A DNA stretch of 30,396 bases, taken from positions 1 to 30,396 of the forward strand of contig CAXHJY010000288.1 of the NCBI GenBank assembly GCA_964016885.1. The letters run 5' to 3'. Origin of the DNA: Eledone cirrhosa (Eukaryota). Below are positions 11,308 through 22,549 of the stretch, in pieces. Made by a program: the position numbers and the translations under genes. The first letter of the stretch is position 1, and every line of letters starts with the position of its first letter. The notes beneath the pieces are model-generated. The model saw nothing but the letters and a program-made list of their open reading frames with translations, had not been told where the DNA came from and ran no database searches.

Positions 11308-11352
11308 AATATTGCTGATGAGATGTAACAACATCGAAACTAGTTCAATATT
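11308..11352 (+). ncRNA. Type I hammerhead ribozyme, array copy 6
   Basis: CTGATGA at 11315; identical motif. Confidence 0.88.
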
Positions 11353-11773
11353 CCTTGTCTGGCTTTCTGGAGAATAGAGGAAAGGTGTTTCCTAAAAAAC
11401 CAGTATGACTCTAAAAACCGGTTTGTCTGTGTGTTTACATACAGAATAGCTGGACACTCACAGTAAAGTGACCAGTGAAAAACTCGGTACATCTACATAT
11501 GTATACGTGTGTGTATTCATATGCATACTAGTATTTCAGTATACATATGTGGATGTACATTTTTAACTTAATTGTTTAAGCGTCAGTCATACAAAAGTGA
11601 GTTACAAACGAAACGAAATTTAATTTCGTTTCGTTATTTGTTTTTATCGTCTCCGTTGAACCGGTACGTACTCACGCTCTATGCAAATTAGTCTGCCCAC
11701 TACTAATTTTCATAGAAAAAGCATATAACGATATGTGCTTTTACGATTCTCTAGAGAGGCCGGAAGATAGGTA

Positions 11774-11818
11774 AATATTGCTGATGAGATGTAACAACAT
11801 CGAAACTAGTTCAATATT
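11774..11818 (+). ncRNA. Type I hammerhead ribozyme, array copy 7
   Basis: CTGATGA at 11781; identical motif. Confidence 0.88.
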
Positions 11819-12036
11819 CCTTGTCTGGCTTTCTGGAGAATAGAGGAAAGGTGTTTCCTAAAAAACCAGTATGACTCTAAAAACCGGTTTGTCTGTGTGT
11901 TTACATACAGAATAGCTGGACACTCACAGTAAAGTGACCAGTGAAAAACTCGGTACATCTACATATGTATACGTGTGTGTATTCATATGCATACTAGTAT
12001 TTCAGTATACATATGTGGATGTACATTTTTAACTTA

Positions 12037-12078
<42 letters not shown>

Positions 12079-12298
12079 CACATACATATACACACATACA
12101 AACAAATATATACACATACAAATAAATAGGTACTCAATAAATATACGCATATACGCAGGCACATAAAGACACCTCTACAGGCAGAAAATGTAGATACGAA
12201 AGAGGTACTCACATAACCATAGTGGCCGTATTTCAGGTTGAGGAGGGGTGGGGGTAGGGTGGGGACGAGGTATAGGGGCCAATAGGGGGAGGTCGTTT

Positions 12299-12715
12299 TT
12301 AGCCATCGGGCTTTAACACTGGCTTAAAGTGTTTGAAAGTTGCAAAGTTCTTGTGCATGCAGTTCGGGCAGTGTTCAGAGAGTTTGTTCAGTAGCGGGCC
12401 CTTGGCGAATAAAATTTCGTAGCTCTCTGAAATACAAAGGTCGCAGCCCTTGTGTCCTCCTTTGTAAGAGCGCGCTTTCTGGAGTATTTTCCATTTAAGC
12501 GTGAAGGGGGTGGAGTTCCTTTTGAGGTCCCAAACGTAGGAGGCGAGTGTTGTCTGATTTGATTTATCCGGTCTTCTGAAGGAGTGGGTATGGGCATACC
12601 AACGGGTCTTAAAGTTGTTGGAGGTCATGCCGATGTAAGTTTTTTTGCAATCCTCGGTGCCTGAGATGACATCGCATTTGTATACGATGTCATTTGTGAG
12701 GCATTTGTTTTCAAG
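12299..12715 (-). mobile_element. 5'-truncated Penelope-like element: C-terminal GIY-YIG endonuclease, frame open
   Basis: Extending ORF 12299-12628 upstream gives LENKCLTNDIVYKCDV...KKTYIGMTSNNFKTRWYAH...LKWKIL...CDLCISE...LLNK..E...CMH. It has the IVY/YIG motifs plus the conserved R, H, E and N residues. (TA)n lies at the 5' junction. Confidence 0.88.
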
Positions 12716-12741
12716 TATATATATATATATATACCTTAGTT

Positions 12742-12795
<54 letters not shown>

Positions 12796-12896
12796 AGTTA
12801 AGGTATATACATATATATATATATATACCTTAGTTAAGGTGTATATATATATATATATATATATACCTTAGTTAAGGTATATATATATATATATAC
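12716..12896. repeat. (TA)n interrupted four times by the mini-hairpin CCTTAGTTAAGG
   Basis: Copies at 12734, 12792, 12828 and 12866; another at 5582. Confidence 0.92.
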
Positions 12897-13892
12897 CATA
12901 ATTAACAACTCACACTTTGGCGGGGATACAAGTCAAAATTGGCTAAAGAAAGCCAATTCCAACTTATATTTCACAGTTCTTATGCTTTTCAAATGTAGAA
13001 TTGAGATGGAGAGTCTGTGGTTTTTCTCGCAGATGCATGAATGTAAACGAGTTTATGAATTATTAATAGGCACAATTCTCATAGAATAAATTTAACACCA
13101 TTATAAATTGTAGAATATTTATATTATAAATAGTAGTATTATTAGGTGTCTAACACAGATACTCTACATATTTCCACTTATATTGATTCTCTATGATGTA
13201 GGAGGTCTCATTACCTGTCAGTCTAAACTTAGACGTAATCAAACGACTTTAAGAAAATAGGTTACCTAAATACTGTCAGACTTCTAAATGGCATCCTTTA
13301 CAAGATAGCATTAACTTTTCGAAATAACTATAAAAAATACACAATTCTTAACTATTTTCGTTTCATAAGCCGTTTTATTTGTAAAAGAGCCAATTATCTA
13401 AAATCCCACTTTTATTACCTCTACTGTAAACATTTCTCATGAAAACCATTTAAAGTATTTTATTTTTTGTTGTATTTTTATCACACTTCATAATATAGAA
13501 ATGTTAAGGTATCAATTTGTTGAGTCACGTAATGACTCTATCAAATCAATTTATCGGTTTATTAGAAAACATATAACATAGGATAAAATAATATGATATC
13601 GATAATAACAAAAAACTAACTATTTTGATCATCAAAAAGAGATAGTAGACATTTATTGTACATAACTTTACTGTTGGATTAATTAGATTACACAATAGAT
13701 GTTAGGATGAGATAGGTGAGATACGTTGGTTTACATTTTCTGTTGAATAGTAAAACTGTGAATGATATGATATTGGAATATCATGAACGTTTGGATGATA
13801 TTGAAAATATTTTGAGAACATTTTGCTTACAGTTCCACTAAGCTTTGAATAATCTAACTTTTGTGGTGTTATGGTGAGATCATGTGAGTGAA

Positions 13893-14050
13893 AGAGTACT
13901 CAAACACTCCTTCCAGCGGGTCCTGTCCGAAGCAAGCGTCTCAGTTGGAAACGGTTGCTTCTGACAGGACCCGCTGGAAGGGTGTTTGATGACTCTGCCA
14001 CCACGACCCTCTCAGGAATAAATGGGCGAAGAAAAAGATGATGAGGATGA
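13893..14050 (+). mobile_element. 3' end of an RTE (Expander/Rex3-like) LINE with a 5' fold-back, flanked by an approximately 105-115-bp direct repeat
   Basis: 13940-14015 matches the reverse complement of 20432-20505 and ends in a (GAT)n-like tail. 13893-13939 is its inverted copy. Flanks 13790-13894 and 14054-14168 are similar. Confidence 0.75.
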
Positions 14051-14221
14051 AAATTTGGATAATATTGTTGAAAATATAAAGAACATTTTGCTACAGTGAG
14101 ATTAATTCCATTGTAGCTTTGAATAATCGAACTTTTGTGGTGCTGTGGTGAGATCGAGTGAGTGAAAGTGGGGTGAGGAGAGGAAATGAGGGACGTCCAA
14201 TCAAGTATCCTCCACCTCCAT

Positions 14222-14525
14222 CTAACTTACCCTCCACCTCTGGGTCCCGGCTGACAGGATGAAGAATACATTGCCCCGGAGCACGGCGAGGCAGTCGTGC
14301 CGGAACTGGCGCGGCTCGTACCTATGGATAGCTAACTCCGCTCCAATAGCTGTGGGTGAGCAGGGATGTGGTCCGGAGGCCAGCAACGCCGAAGTCTCCA
14401 TTGCTAGAAGCTCTACCACAAAACTATTAGTGAGCGAACGATACTTGGACAGTTTGCCCTCTTCGACATTGCGGGCAGCAGAGTCTGGGTTGATAGCCGA
14501 ACGCACCAGGTTGCTAATAGAGAAG
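14222..14525 (-). mobile_element. CRE-like non-LTR retrotransposon 3' fragment (restriction-like endonuclease C-terminus), degenerate
   Basis: AARNVEEGKLSKYRSL...LAMETS...IG...EPR...AVLRGNVFFIL matches the AA..AE..K..KY..L / P.A.ET.G / QRGN...IL pattern of CRE-clade elements. Confidence 0.72.
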
Positions 14526-14707
14526 TTGCTTTGTATGAGAATTTGATAACTCAATTTCTGAGATATATTCTAATTTATTTAATTCGTATTATTAATTTTA
14601 TTTCTGAGCTGTTTACATAAGACATAGAGCAACAACTTGTCAAACTAATCATTTCTTACATATCTCTCTACTTAGAATAGCATGATTTAGTGTTTATTAT
14701 ATGTAAC

Positions 14708-14882
14708 GCAGTATCGGTAGAGGGTTGGACGCCATGCTTTCTAGCATAGTTACGTCCCTTTACAGTCTGAGTTCAAATCCCGCCGAGGTTAACTTTGCCT
14801 TTCATCCTTAAGTGGTCGATAAAATAAAGTACCAGTAATACACTGGGTAATTGCTGGCCTTGTGCCAAAAGTAGAAACAATT
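14708..14882 (+). mobile_element. tRNA-derived SINE copy
   Basis: Same family as 5335-5523. Confidence 0.88.
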
Positions 14883-14937
14883 ATATGTAATAGGCATAAT
14901 TGGCATAAATAATATATTTCAAGTGTTTACACGCAGA

Positions 14938-15100
14938 GGCGGCGAATTGGCGGAGTTGTTAGAATGTCAGATAGAATGATTTGCAGCCTTCGTTCTTGTT
15001 CTTAGCGAGTTGACTTCAAAACCCACCTAAGTCAAAATTATCTGTTAACCTTTCGAGGTCGATAAAAAAAAAATCATCCAGTAATGAGGTCGATTCTTCC
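14938..15100 (+). mobile_element. Older diverged SINE copy
   Basis: GGCGGCGAATTGGCGGAG head, GACTTCAAAACCC B-box-like motif and CCTTTCGAGGTCGATAAAA core. Confidence 0.6.
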
Positions 15101-15163
15101 TCTAAACTTCTCTCTTTTTTTTTATTTTCTTCTTCTCTGGAAGTAATCGGCTGTGTTAAGACC

Positions 15164-15212
15164 CGGAGACGGATGAGCTCTGACAGGAGTAAAATGTCCA
15201 AGATGTGCTCCG
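15164..15212 (+). ncRNA. Decayed hammerhead-like motif
   Basis: CGGAGa CGGAUGA GCUC ugacag GAGU AAAA UGUC caa GAUG UG CUCCG. All three stems can form, but the core has several substitutions. Confidence 0.4.
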
Positions 15213-15240
15213 TCCCTACTTACATACAAAGAAAGAGAGA

Positions 15241-15241
<1 letters not shown>

Positions 15242-15326
<85 letters not shown>
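15242..15326. repeat. (CA)n microsatellite
   Basis: Directly visible. Confidence 0.98.
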
Positions 15327-15328
<2 letters not shown>

Positions 15329-15806
15329 TCTAATCTACTTCAATTGTTGTATCTTGGCATCATGTTCTTACTTGGTGATTGTTATTTCTGAACTAGTATC
15401 GCGTATTTGTTAAATAACATAATTATGTAAAGTTTTCATATACATTTGTATGAGGATCGGTAGATTGTCAGTGAACATGTGAATGTCAGAATCAATAGAG
15501 TGTCGGCCAAACACCCTTCTAGTGTTTTGTTGCATCTCTTCACCTTCTGAATTCAAATGTGGCTGGGATTCTATTTTACTATCAGGTTCTATTTGTTAAT
15601 AAGAGGAACTACAAATGGATTAGTACATCCTATTCAATAGATCGTTCTCTTCATCCAGATGGATGTGGATCTCTACCTTTGTTCCACTATATGCAATATA
15701 CAGTATTATTTTATTTCAAACTAGTGTAATAACCTCACCAAATATGAGATTACTTGATTTATTTATTCGGAGCTGAAATTCGCCGGATCAGTTTGATCAG
15801 CCGGAT

Positions 15807-15860
15807 CACGACCCTCTCAGGAAAAAGTGGGCAAAGAAGAACAACAGCAATAAAGAAGCT
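15807..15860 (+). mobile_element. Very short RTE 3'-tail insertion
   Basis: CACGACCCTCTCAGGAA.AA.TGGGC.AAGAA matches 14002-14033. Confidence 0.6.
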
Positions 15861-16274
15861 GCTGTTTACACGTTTCACAGGAAATGCAACTCAAGATATT
15901 TTTCACCACCAGAATCTTAACTATAATAGAAGAAGAGGAAGGAGAAGAAGAAGGAGAGGAAGAGGGGCAGAAATTATTTTTTGTGATTTATTGAAATATG
16001 ATTTGATAATCTTTTTAAATAATTCGTATGATCCGATAGCTTTAGATATATCTGTCTCATTAAGTTGGTACTTGGTGTATAACTTAACAAAGGGACTTAA
16101 AATTATGATGGAAGGTTTTTAAATAAATATAAACATCTGGAAATAAACAGTTTTGAATCACTGGCCATAAAAAATATTGCAGCTGTCCACTATCTTAAAA
16201 CAGTATTTTACCTTATTATAAAATAGAAGTAAATTTATTCGATATGTCATCGTCATAAATGAAACTTAATGATT

Positions 16275-16362
16275 AGTCTCCTTCGTGGTTCCAGCGGACA
16301 GGATGGGAAAGGTATTGCCCCGGAGGAAGGTGACGGAGAAGCGTTGGAACAACCGCGGTCTA
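16275..16362 (-). mobile_element. Second CRE-like 3' fragment
   Basis: Minus translation RLFQRFSVTFLRGNTFPILSAGT; the nucleotide sequence resembles 14244-14290. Confidence 0.62.
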
Positions 16363-16759
16363 TGTTGTAACCCACTCAATACTAATTCAACACTTCAGTT
16401 TATTGTCTGTATATGATTTAAAACGGAAACATTCAGTCAATAACACAGAATCTCTGAAACTAATAAACTTTCATACAAAGACACTGAGGCATCGGTATTG
16501 AATATGATCATGTGGAACAGCGACACGTCAAGAGGGAAGAAAAACAAACATATTTGCTTCGTTCACAAAATATGATACAATTAAATACCCAAAACTATAC
16601 TACTGTAAAACTATTACATAATACCAACAGTGACGACATTCTTCTTTACACACATATATTAATACATGCATGTATACATATATATACATATATATACATA
16701 TATATACATATATATACATATATATACATACGTATATGTATATGACATATATAGATATT

Positions 16760-16799
<40 letters not shown>

Positions 16800-16893
16800 T
16801 ATATATATATATATATAAGTATTGAAGTTTCCGTTGAAAATTGAAAAAGTCATAGGAGTGAAGAGTGCTCTATGTAAGTACCAGAGCTAAATT

Positions 16894-17022
16894 TAATGTA
16901 TAATAAACAATACAATATAATTACCTCATTACCTTGCGTTTTCAACTCCAGATATATTCTGAATATATCTGGAGTTGAAAACGCAAGGTAATGAGGTAAT
17001 TATATTGTATTGTTTATTATAC

Positions 17023-17026
<4 letters not shown>
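16894..17026. repeat. Perfect palindrome, 66-bp arms, 1-nt centre (16960), abutting (TA)n(GA)n
   Basis: Arms checked by eye as exact reverse complements. Confidence 0.93.
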
Positions 17027-17111
<85 letters not shown>

Positions 17112-17139
17112 AATCAAAGCTATGTTCAAAGCATTTATT

Positions 17140-17186
17140 CACTTACAATTGTTTCATCCAAACCTAGGCTTGGAGTCTTCGGAGCA
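17140..17186 (-). ncRNA. Type I hammerhead motif with a CCGAAGA core variant
   Basis: The minus strand reads UGCU CCGAAGA c UCCAAGCC ua GGUUUGGA u GAAAC AAUU GUA^ AGUG, with palindromic stem III ACAAUUGU. Confidence 0.68.
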
Positions 17187-17677
17187 TTTTTCAATGTTTG
17201 TACACATAATTGACCTCCTTTCCAACGCAAGAGACATACAGATACATATATATATATATTGATGTACAGTGGAGTGACATATATAATACTATATTATTTC
17301 TGTATAGCAATTCAAAATCAAAATTAAAATTAAAACAAAATTAAAACAAAATTAAAATACATTCGGCAGTCAACACAGATAATGCAAGAGGATAGTTTGT
17401 TAGTCAGATGTAGTAGTTAGTGTATGCGTTAGTTACACGTGGGGCATGCAAGTGTGTCTCATTTATATATGATTATTGTGTGGCAGGGTGTTACATGTAA
17501 TACAAGCACTTTAAGCGGGTAAGTAAGAGTATTATGGTGGTTGTAGTGGTAAGGTCATTGAGCTATTTATCTTACTGGTAATAAGGTAGTATTAAATTAC
17601 TGACCTTCACTGTTTAGGGTTTAAAATATACATAACTATAAAAAGTTTTAGTATATACATAACCATAAATAGTATCC

Positions 17678-17743
<66 letters not shown>

Positions 17744-17880
17744 AGTGTAAGTTTCTACACAAAACGAAGGTTATAGAGAAAATTGAGGTTGGTAATGGCA
17801 CATGGAATATATAAGAGACAGAATACTTTTTTGTGTAAAAACATACAATTTTATAAGGTAAGGAAAGAACAAAGGGTATA

Positions 17881-17929
17881 AAAAATGACCGGTTTCGATG
17901 GGTCTGCAAAAGCCATCTTTTCAAATGTT
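17881..17929 (-). ncRNA. Decayed hammerhead motif
   Basis: The minus strand reads AACAU UUGAAAA GAUGG...CCAUC GAAAC CG GUC^ AUUUU, with two core substitutions. Confidence 0.5.
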
Positions 17930-18304
17930 GATTAATATTAAGAAAAATTAATAATAATAAGAGTTAAAATTTGAGATTTGAAAATTCAAGTATACAATTC
18001 AGTGTGGGATTTCATAGTAGTTTCATCTTGGTAGCAGCAAGCTGACTGCCTGTGTGTCCCCTTCTGGCAGCGAATGAGGAATTATTTGTGGGGAGTGGCT
18101 CTTTTTAAGGTCAGATTCAGCAATGGCCAGATGGCCAGCTGCTGGTCAGTTAGGGGGTGGAAGCAATATACATACATATATCTCCATGTGGTCGGTAGGA
18201 GAAGGGAGAGTGATAGAAAGGGAGGGATTTAGTGCACTTACACCTATATATACACATACCCTCATTCACACACACATACATATACATATACATACATATA
18301 TATA

Positions 18305-18357
<53 letters not shown>

Positions 18358-19521
18358 TACATACACACACACACATACATATACATACACATATACACAC
18401 ACACACACAATATATATACATATGTTGTGGTAATGGTGATAATGATAATAAAATGGACATTATTTTTTATCCTATATTTTGTATACCCGCTTGTCAGAAC
18501 AGCAGTAACAACGTCTCTGTCACTGTTCTCTGAGGCAGTGTATTCTCCAGGACCAGGAGACGGAGGATAAGTTAGTTGGAGTTGGAGGATACTCGTTTGG
18601 ACGTAACATATTTGCATATACTTCGTATGAAAATTGATAGCTTTTTCGTGATTTCATAGAAGACCTGTCAACTTTCCCCGTCCGATGGGGAGATCTTTCA
18701 CCCACTTTGGGGTGGGTGAGAGATGTCTTCTCTTGTTAAACGGGGTATAGCTTTCATTATGTAAAATCTCCCCATTTTGCCTCATTTCTTCTTGTTTTGG
18801 GGCACTTTTTGGGGGCAATTCTACATAATAAATTGGGAGTATTTTATGCTGGAATGTTTATAATCTGTAACATTACCTTGTAGCAACTCCTTGTCAGTTA
18901 TTGTGGAAGCTGAATTAATTGTAAATATTAGAAAGAAACAAAACTATAATATGTGCTGTGAGTACAAGAGACTATAAGGAGTATATGATGGGAAAATGAC
19001 GTAAAATACAGTCTTCGGTGTGTTTCGTTTAACACAGTTGTATATTTAAAGAACCTTTGGAATACTTTGTAGCTTTCACTGGGATCTGCAGCGAATAAAT
19101 CGATAAAGTTAAATTATAAACCATTAATTATACCTTAGAGATTAAATTACAGACAGGACTATAATTTAAGTTTCATATTAAGGAAATGATATGTCGAATG
19201 ACGGATGAGATGTACAAGTAAACAAATTAATTCGAGTCCCAAGTTGGATCATTTTTTTTTATCACTGAAAAAACACAGAAAACAATGATAATAGAAAAAC
19301 ATCGTTAAATTATACCTTTTAAATAAAACAAATAATAGTTATTATCAAAATTAGACCAGGCTGATATGCTATATGTTTTATACAGTTCAATATACATTAT
19401 CAATATTTATTAACTCTTATCCTACCAGGACAAGAGCTCTCTATTTATTTCTCGTTCGAATGTGGTAGAAATATAAACATATATAGTTGTAGCTTCTGTT
19501 GTTAAAACTCGTATCGTGAAT

Positions 19522-19752
19522 AATTATTTCTACTTTAGGCACAAGGCCAGCAATTTGAAGGGAAGGGGAAAGTCGATTAAATCAAACCCAATGCATTACT
19601 GGTGCTTTATTTTATCGACCCACAAGGATGAAAGTCAAAGCTAACCTCGCAAGGATTTGAATTCAGATTTGAACTCAGAACTTAAATGGCCGTAACTCTA
19701 TGCTGTAAAGCATGGTATCCGACGCTCTACCGATTCTGCCAATCCATCGTCC
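19522..19752 (-). mobile_element. tRNA-derived SINE copy (longer-tail variant)
   Basis: Same family as 5335-5523, with a small internal duplication GATTTGAA(T/C)TCA. Confidence 0.85.
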
Positions 19753-20429
19753 TGAATAAAACTAATAATTCTATTTTTTTTTTAATTAATAAAGTAAATA
19801 TAAAAAACACCAGAAATATATATTTGAGTCTAACCAAAACGTTACCTCGATACTATAGCATAATTAGATATATTGATTTCTTCTGTCAAGACACTTGACT
19901 AAATGTTCGTTGGCAAGACAATATATCCAGTATAATTGATATATTACAGACAATGAAAGGTATAAAAGGTAGAGTCCATGTGTGGCACATTAAACTTGGT
20001 TATATAATAACGATAATCATGTGGTCGAGCATTTCTTTAGTCTATCGTTATTTCCAGTCTATCGTTATGTTCACTTGAACGTTATTAAATCTCTATCTAT
20101 TTTTATTTTTCGGTTAGAAAAATAATTGACTCACTTGACCAGGTGGTTTAACACATCTCACCCGCAAATAATTAGAATTGTGTGAGAGAAAAGAATAACT
20201 TTTATTTTATATTCTGATGTTTAAATATTTAGTGTGGAACTCAGAGAAGGAATTAAATAATATTATAGCTAACATTACGTAAAAGGAAAAAGTGAAAGAT
20301 CCAGTTTTTCTCCATGAGATTGTTTCCTGTAATAATATAGACTATGGATAATATATCATACTTGGCCGTATTCAGCTCTTTTCTATTAACGACACTCCAT
20401 ACAAATACTTCTTCTGTGTTCACTTATTT

Positions 20430-20815
20430 CTAGGAGGGTCGTGGGGAAGAGTCCACAAATATCCCCTTCCAGTGGGTCCTGTCAGAAACAACCGTCTCCT
20501 ACTGAGCCAGCTGGATACCTAAGCGGGACCAGCCAAACTCATGGATGTTATGCAAACATCTTTCTCGGGATCTACCCTAGTTCTTCTGCCGCTTGGTTTT
20601 GTCTGTAAAATCTGTCCAGCGATTCTTTCCTGAGACATTCTAACTACATGCCCATAGTATCGGAGCTGTGATCTCTCAATTCGGAGAAGTAGTGGATCTA
20701 CCTGGAGTGACTCTCTGATCTCCTAGCTACGGAAGAACCCCATTTCGACTGCTTGTATTCGCGATCGTATTCTTTCGGTTACTACCCAAGATTCATGACC
20801 ATAGGTAGGAGTTGA
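20430..20815 (-). mobile_element. RTE-clade (Expander/Rex3-like) LINE ORF2 C-terminal fragment, pseudogenised
   Basis: Manual translation gives TYGHESWVVTERIRSRIQAVEMGFFR...EIRESLQVDPLLLRIERSQLRYYGHVVRM...PSGRR.RGR...WSRLGI...DRTHWK...LP.RP, with stops and frameshifts. Confidence 0.88.
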
Positions 20816-21890
20816 CACAACTACCGAATTGAAGATAGAATACTTATTCAACGATATGAAATATATTAATTAGAAGAGTTAACAAGTTACTAGAATCATA
20901 TTACCATAGTATGAAAATCTAAATTCATAAGCATGCTGTGTCATTTCTTCAGTCTTTCTTACTATTACGCGTATTGCTAATTCTATCCACCACCTTCATC
21001 GTTCGGCATGTCAGATAAATTCCTGATTTATCAGGAGGCTACTTCAGGATGTACATTAATAACAGCGGAAATTTCTACTTAGATGCAGAAATCCTTTTAT
21101 TGTCCTAATATATGTACTGTGTAAAACTGACAACGTTGTTTCCATACCCTACAGCAAAATGTAGCATAATTTAGTAAAATCGAGTGATCTGAAATGATAA
21201 ACTGCCTTCCGTGTGGTTGCCTGTGTGTGAATTATTTTAGCTTCATCTGACTGATGCTTAAACATAATGCAATTACGATTTCAGATCAGACTGCAGAATT
21301 CTATTCTGCAGAGAGATCTTCAGAATATATGAATAAATATTTCATGATTAAATGCTAACCACATTGTAAGTAAGAATTTGCTTTGCTAATTGATTTTGGG
21401 TTTGTAGTCAAGAGATGTTGCTTTAACTAGCAAACGATTGTGAAGACCCTATACAAATATGATTATATTACGACTATATTTATGTTTTTAATGTCATCTG
21501 TTTAGAAAAGGCTGAATGGTATTAAGAATTACTGGAAGTTTAACTTTGTATTGTATTTAAGTAATGTTTTTATTAAAGTAAAACTTATCTGCATTAAAGA
21601 AAAATTGAAATTTAGCTAAACATTCAATAGATGGATAATAAATTTAGGCTTTTGAATAACATATTCACCATTCACAGACATATTTTAGAGCTATTAGGAA
21701 TTACCGCCTTTCGACACGCTGGCGGTGTGAGAAAAGTGGTGAAACTCGAACGAATGAAGCTGAAGTTTAATGAGATAAAAACACTAAAACAAAATAGTGT
21801 AAGAAGAGTTGTTTGAGAATAATTCTTCACGTTGAGACGTGCGAAATCTTTAGTGTATCTCGAATTTAAATATAATTTTACGTAATAATT

Positions 21891-22180
21891 TAGGCACCAG
21901 CCAACAATGTTTTTTTGTGGCAGGTGAGGAATCGATTAAATCGACCTCAGTGTGTTACTGGTATTCATTTTGTCGGCCCCGTAAGGATGAAAGGCAAAAC
22001 TAACTTCGGCGGGTAGAGGGTCGGACGCCATGCTTAGCAGCATAGAGTTATGCCCTTTTACGGTCTGAGTTCAAATCCCGCCGAGCTTAACTTTGCTTTT
22101 CTTCCTTACGGGATCGATAAAATAAAGCATTAGTAATACACTGGGATAATTGCTGGCCTTGTGCCAAAAGTAGAAACAAC
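21891..22180. mobile_element. Two SINE copies fused head-to-head (21891-22011 minus, 22012-22180 plus)
   Basis: Both match the SINE family and both are 5'-truncated at the junction. Confidence 0.8.
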
Positions 22181-22549
22181 TATTATTACATAAAATGTGA
22201 AGCTAGTATATAATAGCTTCAGATTTTGCCTTGATTATATTTTAAAAGGTCCAGACCATTTCTATACATATATAAATACACTTCATTAAATTTTATAAAT
22301 TGTATTTCAAGAACAACACTTCTTGTGAACGTATAGTTCTTGAGGCCGTACCTTTTGTCAATATATATATATTGATATTTGCAAAAGTCTCGTGAAAGAT
22401 ATTCAGCGTCAGATTCAAAGTGAAATATCACGTTACCTCTCGGAAGGACTTGACCTCGTACGTAGATCAAATAACTTCCAATGAAACATTATAGCACATT
22501 ACATTATAGTTCGATGCGTCGCTCATTAAACAGTGATTGATTTCATCAT

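Larger units (their letters stand above)
8802..12038. mobile_element. Array of about 7 near-identical 466-bp HHR-bearing units (non-LTR retrozyme / PLE pseudo-LTR-like) with an internal inversion at 9760
   Basis: Period is 466 (8809/9275/9741 and 9777/10243/10709/11175/11641). The left arm has about 2.1 units and the right arm about 4.85 units in the opposite orientation. Only two substitutions were noticed by eye (9204, 10897). Microsatellite flanks both sides. Confidence 0.9.

Noticed and set aside
8802-12038. CRISPR array, or an ambisense viroid-like element with ribozymes on both polarities of the unit
   Set aside because: There are no variable spacers and the context is eukaryotic. I found no second HHR core on the opposite strand of the unit; both strands carry HHRs only because of the inversion.
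18735-18855. Possible third PLE endonuclease C-terminus (KILPIYY...RQ..E.FYI...P.L)
   Set aside because: It needs a frameshift and lacks the GIY/YIG motifs; too weak to call.
22219-22470. 83-aa minus ORF that looks protein-like
   Set aside because: It has no recognisable domain, no ATG start and no clear splice sites, so it cannot be supported without homology or RNA data.
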